A DNA stretch of 64,000 nucleotides from Candidatus Hydrogenedentota bacterium (GCA_963745075.1 CAVUWV010000009.1:128001-192000); one strand, 5' to 3'; positions 1-10,197 are shown, counted from the first letter of the stretch. Notes: generated from the letters alone by a model not told the origin. Program-made: numbers and translations.

Positions 1-228
1 TTGCGCGAGAAAGTCCGACAATCGGTGCTGAAAGCGCAGCGCGTCCAGCACGTAGGGGTCCCGCTTATACGTCTTGGCAAGAAACCGGCCCCGCGATGTG
101 TTGACCACAATCTTCTGATGGCGGCGCTGATGGGCCGCCTCCAACGGAGCCGGGCGTTCGACCGTTCCCAGATCGTAGTACTCGCGGATGACCTCTGCCA
201 ATATGTCGAGGGAATCCCGGGTGCTCAC
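1..228 (-). CDS. 5' part of a phosphotransferase (APH / homoserine kinase type II-like), runs off the window
   Basis: Not in the ORF track. GTG at 228 overlaps the upstream stop (GTGA); translates open to the edge: VSTRDSLDILAEVIREYYDLGTV...KIVVNTSRGRFLAKTYKRD...LRFQHRLSDFL, typical APH N-lobe. Confidence 0.6.
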   Translation of the reverse strand, partial: MSTRDSLDILAEVIREYYDLGTVERPAPLEAAHQRRHQKIVVNTSRGRFLAKTYKRDPYVLDALRFQHRLSDFLAQ

Positions 229-2441
229 GGAATCGTCAAAACCTTCTCCGACTCGTGATGCGCCTCGATTTCCTCCCGCGTAAACCAGGTGGGCTTGAGT
301 TCCCGCTTCGAGTACAGTTGTTGGGCCTGATCCGCGTAGTGTGGCGAATCCGGATGGCCGCTTTCACCCCAAGGCGTGCACGTGTACGATTCAATTCCGT
401 CCTTATGGAAGAACATCAACATCGTCGCCATGGAACCATTATGAGCGACGAAGTGTCCGGGATGATCCGGGTCGTTGATGCATTTCACGTCGAACATGGT
501 CTCGGTGAAATTCGGACCGTCGGTGGAACCACCGAAATCGGCCCCCGGCGCCGGGTACAGGAAGTCGCCCCGTCCCACCTTGTACAGATCGCCCCAGGCC
601 ACATCAACGGAACCGTACTGCGTCACGAACTCGTCTATCGTGTTTTTCAAAATATCCAACAGCGTCTTCTTTGCGTCCGGGGTCAAGGTCTCCCGGTTGA
701 AGATCGCCGTCACGTCCACCTTCCCGTTGCAGTTGAGCCGCCAGTTTTTGTAGATCGGCGTGGCCATGCTGTCGACCGTGAAGTTTCCATCCCATTCGAG
801 GATGCGGTTGGCAACCGTCGCAAACGCGGCGTCGCTCATGTAGTCGTCGCCGGCCACATCCAATGCCCCTTGAAGGGCCGCCTTCCAAGGCTCGGCCAGG
901 ATGTCGTACACGTCCATCACGTACGATTTGGCCTGATCCTTGGTAATGGAATCGTTCTGCGACAACAACGACGTGATCCGTTTGCCGCGCGGGTTCGTCA
1001 CGTCCCAGGTCACGTTGTAAATGTAGTCGATGTATTTGTCCGGCGTCATCGGCGAATCCAACATCATGTTGGCAGGGCTGATATTGCAGTTCTGCATATA
1101 GCCCTGCGGCGGATTCACGATGCGGACCAGATCGTCGATGGGATGGAGCTTCGTCCAAATGGTGTCCGCGTTCGCGGGTACCGGTGCACTCCAGTCGTAC
1201 CCCGGCGCGCGAACCGGCGTCTTGCCGGCGCGAAGGTAGCCGATGTTGCCGTCGCGATCCGCGTACATCAAGTTTTGTTCCATGAACTCATTCATAGAGA
1301 GCGCATCGTAAAACTCATCTGCATTCTTCGCGGTCAACATTTCGTACGTCTGTTCGTACAACCGGCTGGGGCCGAAATACGGTGAAGCGCCCACGTACCC
1401 GATTCCGGCGTCCTCATCCAGCTCCACGATGGGTCCCAACTCGGTGTCCGCCGTAGGCTGCGTCACCGGATCCTTCCCTTTAACGTTTACGATCATCAGT
1501 CGCGGACTGGCCGTCTTCCACTCGCCGTTGAGTTCGTATTTCGGCATGAGCTTGTTGGAGAGGTCCAACTTTACTTCAAACACATCCGACGTATCCGGGC
1601 CGCCGGTCGTGGGGGCCCACCCCACGTATTCGCTGTGACCGAATCCCAGAAGCGGGGACCCCAGCAGGAAGAAGCCGTTCATGTGGAGCGCGTCGCCGTG
1701 CACCCGGGCCTCGTAAAACAGGGCCAAGCCTTCCCATGTAAGATGGGGATCCGTCAACAGGATGGCGCAGTGGTCGGCCGTCCGCGCCGGTGAGACGCTC
1801 CATTCGTTCGAACCCATCGGCGGTTTCTTTTTGCGATTGTGAAGGTCGTCGAAAATCGTGCCCAGCGGCCACCGCATGATCATGGCGCGGCCAATCGCCG
1901 AACAGTGCCATGGCTCCAGTTCAACCGCCCAGTCCGGCACGTCCTCCGGATGTTCGTTCGCGTATTGATTCACGCCCGCGACAAAATTCTCGGACAACGC
2001 ACGCAGGTTCTCCGGAGCTTCGGCCCAGTGATCCTGGGATACTTTCGCGTTCTGCACGAGCTGCATCGACATATCCGTCTCGACGAAATCGGGGCCGAAC
2101 ACCTCGGCTGCCGTGCCCGTCGCCGTTCGGACGTTCGCATAGATGTCCGCAAGGCGATCTTCCGCCTGGGCGTACCCTAGACCGTAAGCCGCGGCCGTAT
2201 CGGAATCGGCGTAAATATGCGGAACGCCCCATCGGTCCCGATATATGGTGACGGTCTCTTGGGCCTTGGCAACGGCCGGCTCTCCGGACGGCGGCTGCGC
2301 TTCGGAGGCCGCTGGCCCAGTCGAAGTGGTCTCGGTTTGGGCCGGTGGAGTCACCGCCGGTCCCGTTTGAGGGCCACCGCACCCCAAACCGCACAGCAAC
2401 ACGCCGACGGTGAGCAAACATAAGATTGGCAACGACTTCAT
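225..2441 (-). CDS. Penicillin acylase family (Ntn-hydrolase) lipoprotein
   Basis: Lipobox LGC; VTIYRDRWGVPHIYA, YGLGYAQAEDRL, beta-subunit start GSNEW, DPHL motif. Confidence 0.93.
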   Translation of the reverse strand: MKSLPILCLLTVGVLLCGLGCGGPQTGPAVTPPAQTETTSTGPAASEAQPPSGEPAVAKAQETVTIYRDRWGVPHIYADSDTAAAYGLGYAQAEDRLADIYANVRTATGTAAEVFGPDFVETDMSMQLVQNAKVSQDHWAEAPENLRALSENFVAGVNQYANEHPEDVPDWAVELEPWHCSAIGRAMIMRWPLGTIFDDLHNRKKKPPMGSNEWSVSPARTADHCAILLTDPHLTWEGLALFYEARVHGDALHMNGFFLLGSPLLGFGHSEYVGWAPTTGGPDTSDVFEVKLDLSNKLMPKYELNGEWKTASPRLMIVNVKGKDPVTQPTADTELGPIVELDEDAGIGYVGASPYFGPSRLYEQTYEMLTAKNADEFYDALSMNEFMEQNLMYADRDGNIGYLRAGKTPVRAPGYDWSAPVPANADTIWTKLHPIDDLVRIVNPPQGYMQNCNISPANMMLDSPMTPDKYIDYIYNVTWDVTNPRGKRITSLLSQNDSITKDQAKSYVMDVYDILAEPWKAALQGALDVAGDDYMSDAAFATVANRILEWDGNFTVDSMATPIYKNWRLNCNGKVDVTAIFNRETLTPDAKKTLLDILKNTIDEFVTQYGSVDVAWGDLYKVGRGDFLYPAPGADFGGSTDGPNFTETMFDVKCINDPDHPGHFVAHNGSMATMLMFFHKDGIESYTCTPWGESGHPDSPHYADQAQQLYSKRELKPTWFTREEIEAHHESEKVLTIP

Positions 2442-2587
2442 CGATCTCTCCTGGTACGGGAATACTCCTTAATGCGATACCGGTCCCCCGAGTTGACTCC
2501 GGTAGCCGACAGAGTGAACGCCGGAGCAGTGTACACGAAAGTGGCAAAGATTTCAGCGTTCTGGACGCGTGATTTGCGGTCCGTCAA

Positions 2588-2616
2588 TTGACAGTACTGG
2601 GAGCATATGTTACCAT
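2588..2616 (+). promoter_or_regulatory. sigma70 promoter
   Basis: TTGACA-17 nt-TACCAT with extended -10 TG. Confidence 0.7.
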
Positions 2617-2622
2617 ACAGAA

Positions 2623-3306
2623 GTGAAAAAAGTAAGAAACGGTGGTCTCTTCGTTTGGGCGCTCATGATTGCGCTCGGGGTCTGTGTAGGTCTCGTCTTT
2701 GGAGCGTCACGCCTCACTGGCGGAAAGAAACTCAATGGAGCGGTTTCTATCGCTCCCGCCGCTGTAATGGGGGCTCCCGAAGCCGAAGATCAGTATATTG
2801 CGGCCGCACTCCGCTACGCCCGGGCGTTGCAGGACGGCTTTTGTGAAGAGGTAATCCGGAGCACTGCCTGGATGGATGACCGCTTGCATCGGGTTGCGAT
2901 GGAATCTTCCGGACAGGAGACCATTGACAACACCTGGGACTCCCTCTGCAAGAAGGTGATGGATCGCTCCATTGAAGGAAACCTCCTGGTTCCCGAGGGA
3001 ATTGAAGATCAGTACGTATTCGCTCCAGGGGTGACGATGGAAGTAGTGGGAACCGATGCCGGCCGGCAAGACTTGGATCGTCCGGTCGCCGAGCGCGTTT
3101 GGATACGTGCGACCTTCCCCCGAAAACAAACGGCGCCGTTGGCGCGTGCCGACGGCGGCTCCCGGATGCTGGCCGTTCGCGCAATGACCGTAGGCGTGGA
3201 CATAACCCGTGACGACCGGCTGGTCGCGAAAGCCGGGGTCATCGGGAACCTGGAGATTGACACGAGTTCGTTGTCGTTTGATTGGACTGCCGCTAACGGA
3301 GGGTAA
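2623..3306 (+). CDS. Hypothetical membrane-anchored protein
   Basis: N-terminal TM helix; GTG at 2623 chosen because it lies just downstream of the promoter. Confidence 0.7.
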   Translation: MKKVRNGGLFVWALMIALGVCVGLVFGASRLTGGKKLNGAVSIAPAAVMGAPEAEDQYIAAALRYARALQDGFCEEVIRSTAWMDDRLHRVAMESSGQETIDNTWDSLCKKVMDRSIEGNLLVPEGIEDQYVFAPGVTMEVVGTDAGRQDLDRPVAERVWIRATFPRKQTAPLARADGGSRMLAVRAMTVGVDITRDDRLVAKAGVIGNLEIDTSSLSFDWTAANGG

Positions 3307-3310
3307 TGGC

Positions 3311-3760
3311 ATGGCTTTAGCGAGTTGTCAACGTTGCAAGAAGTTGTTCGAAAAGATCCGGAGCCCCATTTGCCCAGGTTGCGAAGATCTCGAGGAGGAG
3401 GACTACGAGAAAGTCCGTCAAGCCCTGGTGGACCACCCCAACTCGTCCGCGGAACAGCTCTCCGATGTAACCGGCGTTACCATTGAATGCGTATTGCGAC
3501 TGCTTGCTCAAGGACGCATCCAGACTGCGGCGGCAAATCTTGGCGTCAAGTGCGGACGATGCGGGGCGCCCGCGATCAGTGTGAGCAAAAAGCTTTGTGA
3601 AGCTTGCCTGCAAAAGCTGAACGCACAGTTGGCGCAACAGCAGGGAAAGATCAAACTGCCGAAAAAGAAAGCGGTGGAGATGGGTACGGCCTTCAATACC
3701 TTCGAATTCGACAAGGATAAGGTTAAGGACAAAAAAGGGGGAACCAAGTTCAACCGCTGA
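3311..3760 (+). CDS. YvyF-like (flagellar operon-associated) Zn-finger/HTH protein with an extra C-terminal Zn finger
   Basis: MALASCQRCKKLF...PICPGC...EDYEKVRQAL...SDVTGVT...LLAQGRI, followed by CGRC...CEAC. Confidence 0.7.
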   Translation: MALASCQRCKKLFEKIRSPICPGCEDLEEEDYEKVRQALVDHPNSSAEQLSDVTGVTIECVLRLLAQGRIQTAAANLGVKCGRCGAPAISVSKKLCEACLQKLNAQLAQQQGKIKLPKKKAVEMGTAFNTFEFDKDKVKDKKGGTKFNR

Positions 3761-3776
3761 ACGTGACGCTCAACCG

Positions 3777-3805
3777 TTGCGGCGCTTCGTTCCGGCCGCT
3801 ATAAT
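3777..3805 (+). promoter_or_regulatory. sigma70 promoter for the cell-wall cluster
   Basis: TTGCGG-17 nt-TATAAT. Confidence 0.55.
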
Positions 3806-3870
3806 TCCGAAATACTCCCGCGTGCTTGGATAGCGAGGAGAATCCGGTTGGTCGGTGGGAACCCATTCAA

Positions 3871-4032
3871 ATGACAAGACGAGACCGAATCGGTATTGTT
3901 GTTCTAATTGCACTCTTTGTGCTGCTGATCGTGACGCTCATACTTGTTTCAAAACCGAAAGGTCCGGCGATCCGTCCGGAAGAAAGCGTTTTTGTACAGC
4001 AGCGTATCAAGAATCTTGAAAAGAGCCGGTAG
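3871..4032 (+). CDS. Small single-TM protein
   Basis: MTRRDRIGIVVLIALFVLLIVTLILVSKPK; stop abuts the next gene. Confidence 0.6.
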   Translation: MTRRDRIGIVVLIALFVLLIVTLILVSKPKGPAIRPEESVFVQQRIKNLEKSR

Positions 4033-4034
4033 AC

Positions 4035-4943
4035 GTGGCCATACTTTTTCCCCGTAAGATGCTCCAACCCGCAACGTCGCGCATCGAAGTGAATGAAGCT
4101 CCTCATCTGCGACTGCCGCAGCCGCTTTCCTGGATGATTCACGCGTTCCTGGCGATCGCTGTGGCCGCGTCGTTTTCGATTTCCGCTTGTGCCGCGAATG
4201 CCGGCGGAAGCGAGAACCCGACCGGTGCCGGCGCCGTCGCTACGGAAGAATTGCCGGAGCCGGGCGCCCCGGCCGTGGAACCGGGTGTCGAGCCCCGTGC
4301 CGAACCTGGCACCGAGTCCACGGGCGGCGCCGAAATCCCGAAGGAGCAGCGTCCGGTCGTGATACTCGATGCCGGACACGGTGGCGGCGATACGGGAGAG
4401 ACGGGGGGCAATGGAACTGAGGAAAAAGAAATCGTTTTGCAGATTGCACGCGCCGCAGGGGAACTGCTGGCCGATGCATGCAAAGTCGTCTTGACGCGGC
4501 GCGAAGATGTGGCCCTCTCGCCGGAACAGCGCGCAAGCGACGCCAACTACCAGCGGGGAAACGTTTTCGTCAGTATTCACACCGGCGCCAGCGGCACTCC
4601 CGCAGCCAATGGAATCGAACTCTTCGTCCCGACGAGTACGATTACGACCGCCGCGGGCCGCACCATTGCAGTGAGTGCGGACGATTCATCCGGCGAACTG
4701 AGCCGGCGGCTGGCGCAGCAACTTTCGAGTGCGTTGCAGGCAACCACCTCGGCGAGCCCTCGCGGCATTCATAGTGCGCCATGCCGAGTGTTCAAGGGGC
4801 TTACCATGCCCGCCGTGCTGATCGAAGTTGGATTCATCACAAATCCGGTCGAGGAAGATCTCCTTGCCGGCGAGGATTATCAGCGTTCGATCGCGGAAGG
4901 GATCGCCTCGGGGATTCGCGCATTTTTGTCGTCCACGCGCTGA
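4035..4943 (+). CDS. N-acetylmuramoyl-L-alanine amidase (Amidase_3); true start may be downstream
   Basis: LDAGHGG, EKE, FVSIH, PAVLIEVGFITN zinc/catalytic motifs. Confidence 0.92.
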   Translation: MAILFPRKMLQPATSRIEVNEAPHLRLPQPLSWMIHAFLAIAVAASFSISACAANAGGSENPTGAGAVATEELPEPGAPAVEPGVEPRAEPGTESTGGAEIPKEQRPVVILDAGHGGGDTGETGGNGTEEKEIVLQIARAAGELLADACKVVLTRREDVALSPEQRASDANYQRGNVFVSIHTGASGTPAANGIELFVPTSTITTAAGRTIAVSADDSSGELSRRLAQQLSSALQATTSASPRGIHSAPCRVFKGLTMPAVLIEVGFITNPVEEDLLAGEDYQRSIAEGIASGIRAFLSSTR

Positions 4944-4959
4944 CGGAGCTGCATTCGGA

Positions 4960-5622
4960 ATGGCGAACACAAATCAGATGTCTTTTACCCGGAAGGTCCT
5001 CCTTGCGCTATGGGCCATGGCGACCCTGATCCTGCTCTTTTCGGTAGTACTACTCACCAGTGAATTGATTCGGTTGGGACACAACCCCCTCACATTGCCG
5101 GAAGTCTTGCCCGACCCCATTGCTTCTGTGGCCCCTTCCGAGCCCAGCACCGAGGCGCGCGATGTGACGTTGTATTTCGCGACCGCGGATGCGCGCCTGC
5201 TTTCCGGCGAGTCGCGGAGTCTATCGCATAGCGAAAGCACCGTGGAAAACTGTCGCGCCGCCTTGGATGCGTTAATCGAGGGACCGTTGCCACCGCTTCA
5301 CGCGCTCATTCCGAAGGCGGTGGACGTCCGCGGCATGTGGCTGCTGGACAGCGGGGAACTGGTCGTCGATTTCACGTATCCCCTTCAGGAAGCGCGTAAG
5401 AGCGTATCGGAAGAAGCGCTGCTTGTGTACAGCGTGGTCGACACGCTCGCGCAACCCACCCTGCAAGGGAGTGATAAGAAGCAAGTTCGAAGCGTTCGTC
5501 TCTTGATTGGCGGTCTTCCGCCAACCAACCTGTATCCCGCTCATCTCGACCTCTCCGGCGCTTTGACGCCGGATTCCCAGTGGATCGCGGCGCCAGAAAC
5601 CGAGCAGCCCAGCGATGCATGA
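4960..5622 (+). CDS. GerMN domain membrane protein
   Basis: TM anchor; VTLYF, ALIEGP, VVDF, VYSVVDTL, VRLLIGG; usual amidase-GerMN-murI synteny. Confidence 0.85.
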   Translation: MANTNQMSFTRKVLLALWAMATLILLFSVVLLTSELIRLGHNPLTLPEVLPDPIASVAPSEPSTEARDVTLYFATADARLLSGESRSLSHSESTVENCRAALDALIEGPLPPLHALIPKAVDVRGMWLLDSGELVVDFTYPLQEARKSVSEEALLVYSVVDTLAQPTLQGSDKKQVRSVRLLIGGLPPTNLYPAHLDLSGALTPDSQWIAAPETEQPSDA

Positions 5623-6421
5623 GTTTCAGGCCCCGCTCGGAATATTCGACTCCGGCGTGGGCGGCCTGACCGTCCTGCGCCGCATCTTCGAACGGCTACC
5701 GCGCGAATCCGCCGTGTACCTGGGCGACACGGCGCGCGTTCCCTACGGCACTAAGTCGGCCGAAACGGTGATCCGGTACGCACGCGGCTGCGCCCGCATC
5801 CTGCTGAAACGCCGTATCAAGATGCTCGTCGTTGCGTGCAATACCGCGTCCGCCTATGCCATCGACACGCTCCGCGAGGAGTTGTCCATCCCCGTGTTGG
5901 GTGTGATAGAACCGGGCGCACAACGGGCGGTCGCCGCGACGCGCTCCGGGAGAATCGGCGTAATCGGCACCGCCGGAACGATCGCCAGTCGCCGGTACCA
6001 AGACGTAATCGAAGGGCTCGCGCCGGGATGTTACGTTGGGTGCAAGCCGTGTCCGTTGTTTGTCCCGTTGGCCGAAGAAGGCTGGATCGACGGGGACATC
6101 CCACGCCGGATCGCGACGGCTTACCTGCGGGACTTGCTTGACCAGGGGATCGACACGTTGCTTCTGGGGTGCACGCACTATCCGTTGTTGAAGGCTGCGA
6201 TTGCAGACGTTGCGGGTCCCGATGTCCAGATTGTAGACAGCGCCGATGCAACCTCCACCGTTGTCCAGGAGACGCTCGATGCCATGGGGTCCCACGGCGA
6301 CCCGGTGGCGGAGCCGGAATACACCTATCTCGTGACGGACGGACCCGACACGTTCGCACGCGTCGGACGTCAGTTTCTTGGACACGCAATCGAGCGGGTG
6401 GAATGGGTGGATGTGTCGTGA
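5615..6421 (+). CDS. murI: Glutamate racemase
   Basis: FDSGVGGLTV, DTARVPYG, VVACNTAS, LGCTHYP. Confidence 0.97.
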   Translation: MHEFQAPLGIFDSGVGGLTVLRRIFERLPRESAVYLGDTARVPYGTKSAETVIRYARGCARILLKRRIKMLVVACNTASAYAIDTLREELSIPVLGVIEPGAQRAVAATRSGRIGVIGTAGTIASRRYQDVIEGLAPGCYVGCKPCPLFVPLAEEGWIDGDIPRRIATAYLRDLLDQGIDTLLLGCTHYPLLKAAIADVAGPDVQIVDSADATSTVVQETLDAMGSHGDPVAEPEYTYLVTDGPDTFARVGRQFLGHAIERVEWVDVS

Positions 6422-6423
6422 CG

Positions 6424-8067
6424 ATGCCAGAGGACAAAAACGGCGGACACGTCGAGCGCCCCGAGGATAGCGCCTCCGCGCAGACGTCTCTGCCGTCCTG
6501 GAAGTCGATCGTATTTGGATTGTGGCTCGCGGGAACGGCCGCGGCATTGAGCGCGATCTTGATTGCCCACTACTTGGACTCGAGGCCATTCGACCTTCGC
6601 ACGATGACGCGGGAAAAGGCCGCAGATCTCGAACGCCTGCTTGCGTACAATCAAGTTCCCCATTCCAGCATTACCACCGTGAATGAGGTAGAAAGGACGG
6701 ACGGAACCGCCCAATGGTCTTACCGCGAATACATCGTTGACCTTCCCTCGACCCTGAGCCTCGGAGGCGTCGAGCGTCTTATTCGCCGGACGATGGCGGA
6801 ACGAAACGTATCCGTCGTCGACGAACCCGACACGCCAAACGATCGGGTGGTACTGCGCCTCGCAGCGGACGGTAAACAATTCGCGCTATTGACGCTCGCC
6901 GGTAAACCCGACCGGACCAATCTCACCGTGGCCACGGCCCGGCTTGCCCAGAAAGCGCTCGACGTGCTTGGTGACCTTGTACCGGCCGTCGATCGAATCG
7001 AACGCGGCCCGGTGGAGCACCAAGAAAACAGCGAATCGATTTGGGATTTTGCTCGGGTCGATGTTTGGGTCAGCGAACCCGAGCAAACGACCGCCATTCT
7101 CACCGCGATCTCTGCCGAACTGAAGCGAAACGATGTGGACGTTCGAATGGACTCGGAGAATGGCGCGGAGGACGCGACAATCGCTGTCTCGTATGCAGGT
7201 CTGGACTGCGTGCACGTTACCGTCCACGCGCCGGTCCTGCCGGAAGGGCCGCCATCCACGACGGACAATGGTGCCATGGCAGACGATGAAACCCACGAAC
7301 CGCCTGCCCACGATGTGGTGGATTCCGAGGCGCTTCCCCTTGATTCGGAGCATTTGAACGGAGACGCCCGTCTTCCAGCGCCACCCGTGAAGCAGGCTCG
7401 ACCCGGCGAACCGTTGCGTGTCGCGATCATCGTCGATGACGGGGGGTACGGAGGCGAAATCACCGACGATGTTCTCGAGCTGGACCCGGCCCTGACCTTG
7501 TCCATCCTTCCGAGCGCTCCCCACAGCACCGACACCGCGCAGCGGGCCGAAACACTGGGGTTTGAAGTCATGCTGCACATGCCGATGGAGAACTCCTCGA
7601 AACACAAGGCCTATCCGGGGGAAATCACGATTGCCATGCCGGCGGATAAAGTCCACGAATTGACGGACCAGGCCTTGGCTGACGTTCCCGGGGCCGTCGG
7701 CATTAACAACCACACGGGGTCGCGGTATACGTCGGATCCAGACGCCATGCGCCGGTTTCTCGAAGGCATCGAGTCTTCCAAGCTCTTTTTCGTGGACAGT
7801 CGAACCATTTCCACTTCGACCGCCTACCAGATTGCCCATGAGATGGGGATACCGTCGGCGGCGCGGGACCTTTTCCTGGACCACGAGTCGAAAAAGGACT
7901 ACATTCGAGAACGTTTCGAGCAACTCACGGAAATCTGCAAGAAACAAGGCAGCGCCATCGCCATATGCCATTTCCGCCGCAACAGCGTCGCCGTGCTCCG
8001 CGAAATGCTGCCGGAAATCAAGAAAGAGGGCATCGAATTGGTCCATGCATCGGAGTTAGTCGAGTGA
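6424..8067 (+). CDS. Divergent polysaccharide deacetylase (YibQ-like) with a long N-terminal region
   Basis: C-terminal AIIVDDGG, MLHMPME, GINNHTGS, FFVDSRT, RDLFLD, AIAICH; N-terminal TM. Confidence 0.88.
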   Translation: MPEDKNGGHVERPEDSASAQTSLPSWKSIVFGLWLAGTAAALSAILIAHYLDSRPFDLRTMTREKAADLERLLAYNQVPHSSITTVNEVERTDGTAQWSYREYIVDLPSTLSLGGVERLIRRTMAERNVSVVDEPDTPNDRVVLRLAADGKQFALLTLAGKPDRTNLTVATARLAQKALDVLGDLVPAVDRIERGPVEHQENSESIWDFARVDVWVSEPEQTTAILTAISAELKRNDVDVRMDSENGAEDATIAVSYAGLDCVHVTVHAPVLPEGPPSTTDNGAMADDETHEPPAHDVVDSEALPLDSEHLNGDARLPAPPVKQARPGEPLRVAIIVDDGGYGGEITDDVLELDPALTLSILPSAPHSTDTAQRAETLGFEVMLHMPMENSSKHKAYPGEITIAMPADKVHELTDQALADVPGAVGINNHTGSRYTSDPDAMRRFLEGIESSKLFFVDSRTISTSTAYQIAHEMGIPSAARDLFLDHESKKDYIRERFEQLTEICKKQGSAIAICHFRRNSVAVLREMLPEIKKEGIELVHASELVE

Positions 8068-9038
8068 GTCGTATTCTCGGAATCGAAACCTCGTGTGATG
8101 AGACCGGCATCGCGGTGGTGCGGGACGGGCGCGAGATCCTCGCCAACGAAGTCGCGTCGCAGATCGCCATCCATGCGCCCTTCGGCGGTGTCGTGCCGGA
8201 AATTGCTTCGCGCCACCACACCGAATGCATATCCCAACTCACGCAGCGAGCCCTGGACGCGGCCGGGAACACCGTCGATGCCGTCGCGGTGACGCAAGGC
8301 CCCGGCCTTTCGGGTTCGCTGATGGTGGGGCTTAACTTCGGCAAAGCCCTCGCCTACGCGTGGGACGTCCCCTTCGTGCCCGTACACCACATCGAGGGCC
8401 ATATCTTCTCGGCGTTCCTCGGGCCCGACCCGCCCGCGTTTCCGTTTCTTGCCCTCATCGTCAGCGGCGGACATACCTGCCTTATCCAATGCGAGAGGCC
8501 CCACCACTACGACGTCATCGGCACGACCCGGGATGACGCCGTCGGGGAGTGTTTTGACAAGGTCGCCCGGCTGCTCGATCTGCCGTATCCGGGAGGGCCA
8601 TCCATACAGCGGGCCGCCGAATCGGGCGATCCGCACGCCTACGAATTCCCGCGCGGTATGGCAAAGGGCGATTCGCTCGAATTCAGCTACAGCGGGCTCA
8701 AGACCGCAGTGCTCTATGCCTTGCAGAAAGAGACCCTGCCGGTCCCCGACGTGGCGGCTTCGTTTCAGTATGCCGCCGTGGACACGCTGATGATCAAAAC
8801 GAAACTCGCCATTGAAAAGACCGGGGCGCGGCAACTGGTACTGGCCGGAGGCGTGGCCGCCAACCGGCTCCTTCGCGACCGACTCGCGAGCGATCTCGAT
8901 ATTCCCGTCAGCATGCCGCCCTTCGAGTTGTGCCTGGACAACGGCGCCATGATCGCCGCCGCAGGCGCCTCGCGTCTCGCCCACGGAATGACCGGCGATT
9001 TGAGTGCGGGTGTGCACGCCAATCTCCCCCTCCAGTAG
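8064..9038 (+). CDS. tsaD: tRNA N6-adenosine threonylcarbamoyltransferase
   Basis: ILGIETSCDETG, GGVVPEIASRHH, HHIEGH, VSGGHT, DNGAMIA; GTG overlaps the previous stop. Confidence 0.97.
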   Translation: MSRILGIETSCDETGIAVVRDGREILANEVASQIAIHAPFGGVVPEIASRHHTECISQLTQRALDAAGNTVDAVAVTQGPGLSGSLMVGLNFGKALAYAWDVPFVPVHHIEGHIFSAFLGPDPPAFPFLALIVSGGHTCLIQCERPHHYDVIGTTRDDAVGECFDKVARLLDLPYPGGPSIQRAAESGDPHAYEFPRGMAKGDSLEFSYSGLKTAVLYALQKETLPVPDVAASFQYAAVDTLMIKTKLAIEKTGARQLVLAGGVAANRLLRDRLASDLDIPVSMPPFELCLDNGAMIAAAGASRLAHGMTGDLSAGVHANLPLQ

Positions 9039-9123
9039 GCCGCTCGCGCCGCCGCCATCCCCGTGATACCGAGTTTCGTGGTATCATTACGTGGGACCGC
9101 AAGGCCAAGGGAGGAAGGAACGT

Positions 9124-10197
9124 ATGACCTTACACGACCTGATGCATCAGGCCATCACCAGCCGGGCTTCCGATATTCACCTCAAGACCGATAATCCGCC
9201 CATTTTCCGCATTGACGGGGAACTCGTGCGCCAGGAAGGCGCCCCGTTGACGGAAGAGAACGTGATGGAAATGCTGGCCTCCATCGCCAAGCCATCGGAT
9301 GTGGAGAAGTTCAAGAAAGTCATGGAACTCGACATCTCCTACATGTTGGAAGATATCGCGCGATTCCGCGTGAATGCCAGCCGCGACGACGGCGACACGC
9401 GCATCGTGCTGCGTATCATCCCGATGGAAATCAAGACCATCGAAGAGTTAAACCTCCCGCCAGTCCTTCAAAAGGTCAGCATGAACGTAAACGGGTTGGT
9501 GCTGGTGACCGGCGTGACCGGCAGCGGCAAGTCAACGTCGTTGGCGGCCATGATCAATGAGATCAACGAGCGTCGGCCGGTCCACGTCGTATCCATCGAA
9601 GATCCGCTTGAATTCCTGCATCGTGACAAGAAGGCGATTATTACCCAGCGGGAAGTCGGGCACGACACGTTGTCCTTCGCCAATGCGTTACGGGCCGCGC
9701 TGCGCCAGGACCCCGACGTGATTCTCATCGGTGAAATGCGCGACGCTGAAACCGTGCGCACGGCAATCGCGTCCGCGGAAACCGGACACCTGGTACTTTC
9801 CACCCTGCACACCGTCGATGCGGTTGAAACGCTGAACCGTATCCTCGACTTCTTCGAACCGCACCAACAGCTTCAAATACGCAAGCAGCTTGCCAGCGTG
9901 TTGCGGGCCATCGTCTCGCAACGATTGCTCCCCGTGAAAGAAGGCATCGGCCGATGCGTCGCCGCGGAGATTCTCATCGGAAACCGGACGGTGCGGGACC
10001 ACATCGAGCAGGGCAAGAGCTTTAAGGAAATCAACAAGCTCATCGAAGAAGGCGGTGAACAGTACGGCATGCAGACCTTCGATCAGGCTCTTTTCGATTT
10101 GTATAAGGCGCAACAGATTACACCCGAGGTTGCATTGCTCAATGCCACCAGCGCGCGCGATTTGAAACTGCGGATGCAAGGGATGCGATCCAACTGA
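9124..10197 (+). CDS. pilT: Type IV pilus retraction ATPase, PilT/PilU family
   Basis: ASDIHL, GVTGSGKST, IEDPLE, ALRQDPDVILIGEMRD, ETGHLVLSTLH, GMQTFDQ. Confidence 0.9.
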   Translation: MTLHDLMHQAITSRASDIHLKTDNPPIFRIDGELVRQEGAPLTEENVMEMLASIAKPSDVEKFKKVMELDISYMLEDIARFRVNASRDDGDTRIVLRIIPMEIKTIEELNLPPVLQKVSMNVNGLVLVTGVTGSGKSTSLAAMINEINERRPVHVVSIEDPLEFLHRDKKAIITQREVGHDTLSFANALRAALRQDPDVILIGEMRDAETVRTAIASAETGHLVLSTLHTVDAVETLNRILDFFEPHQQLQIRKQLASVLRAIVSQRLLPVKEGIGRCVAAEILIGNRTVRDHIEQGKSFKEINKLIEEGGEQYGMQTFDQALFDLYKAQQITPEVALLNATSARDLKLRMQGMRSN

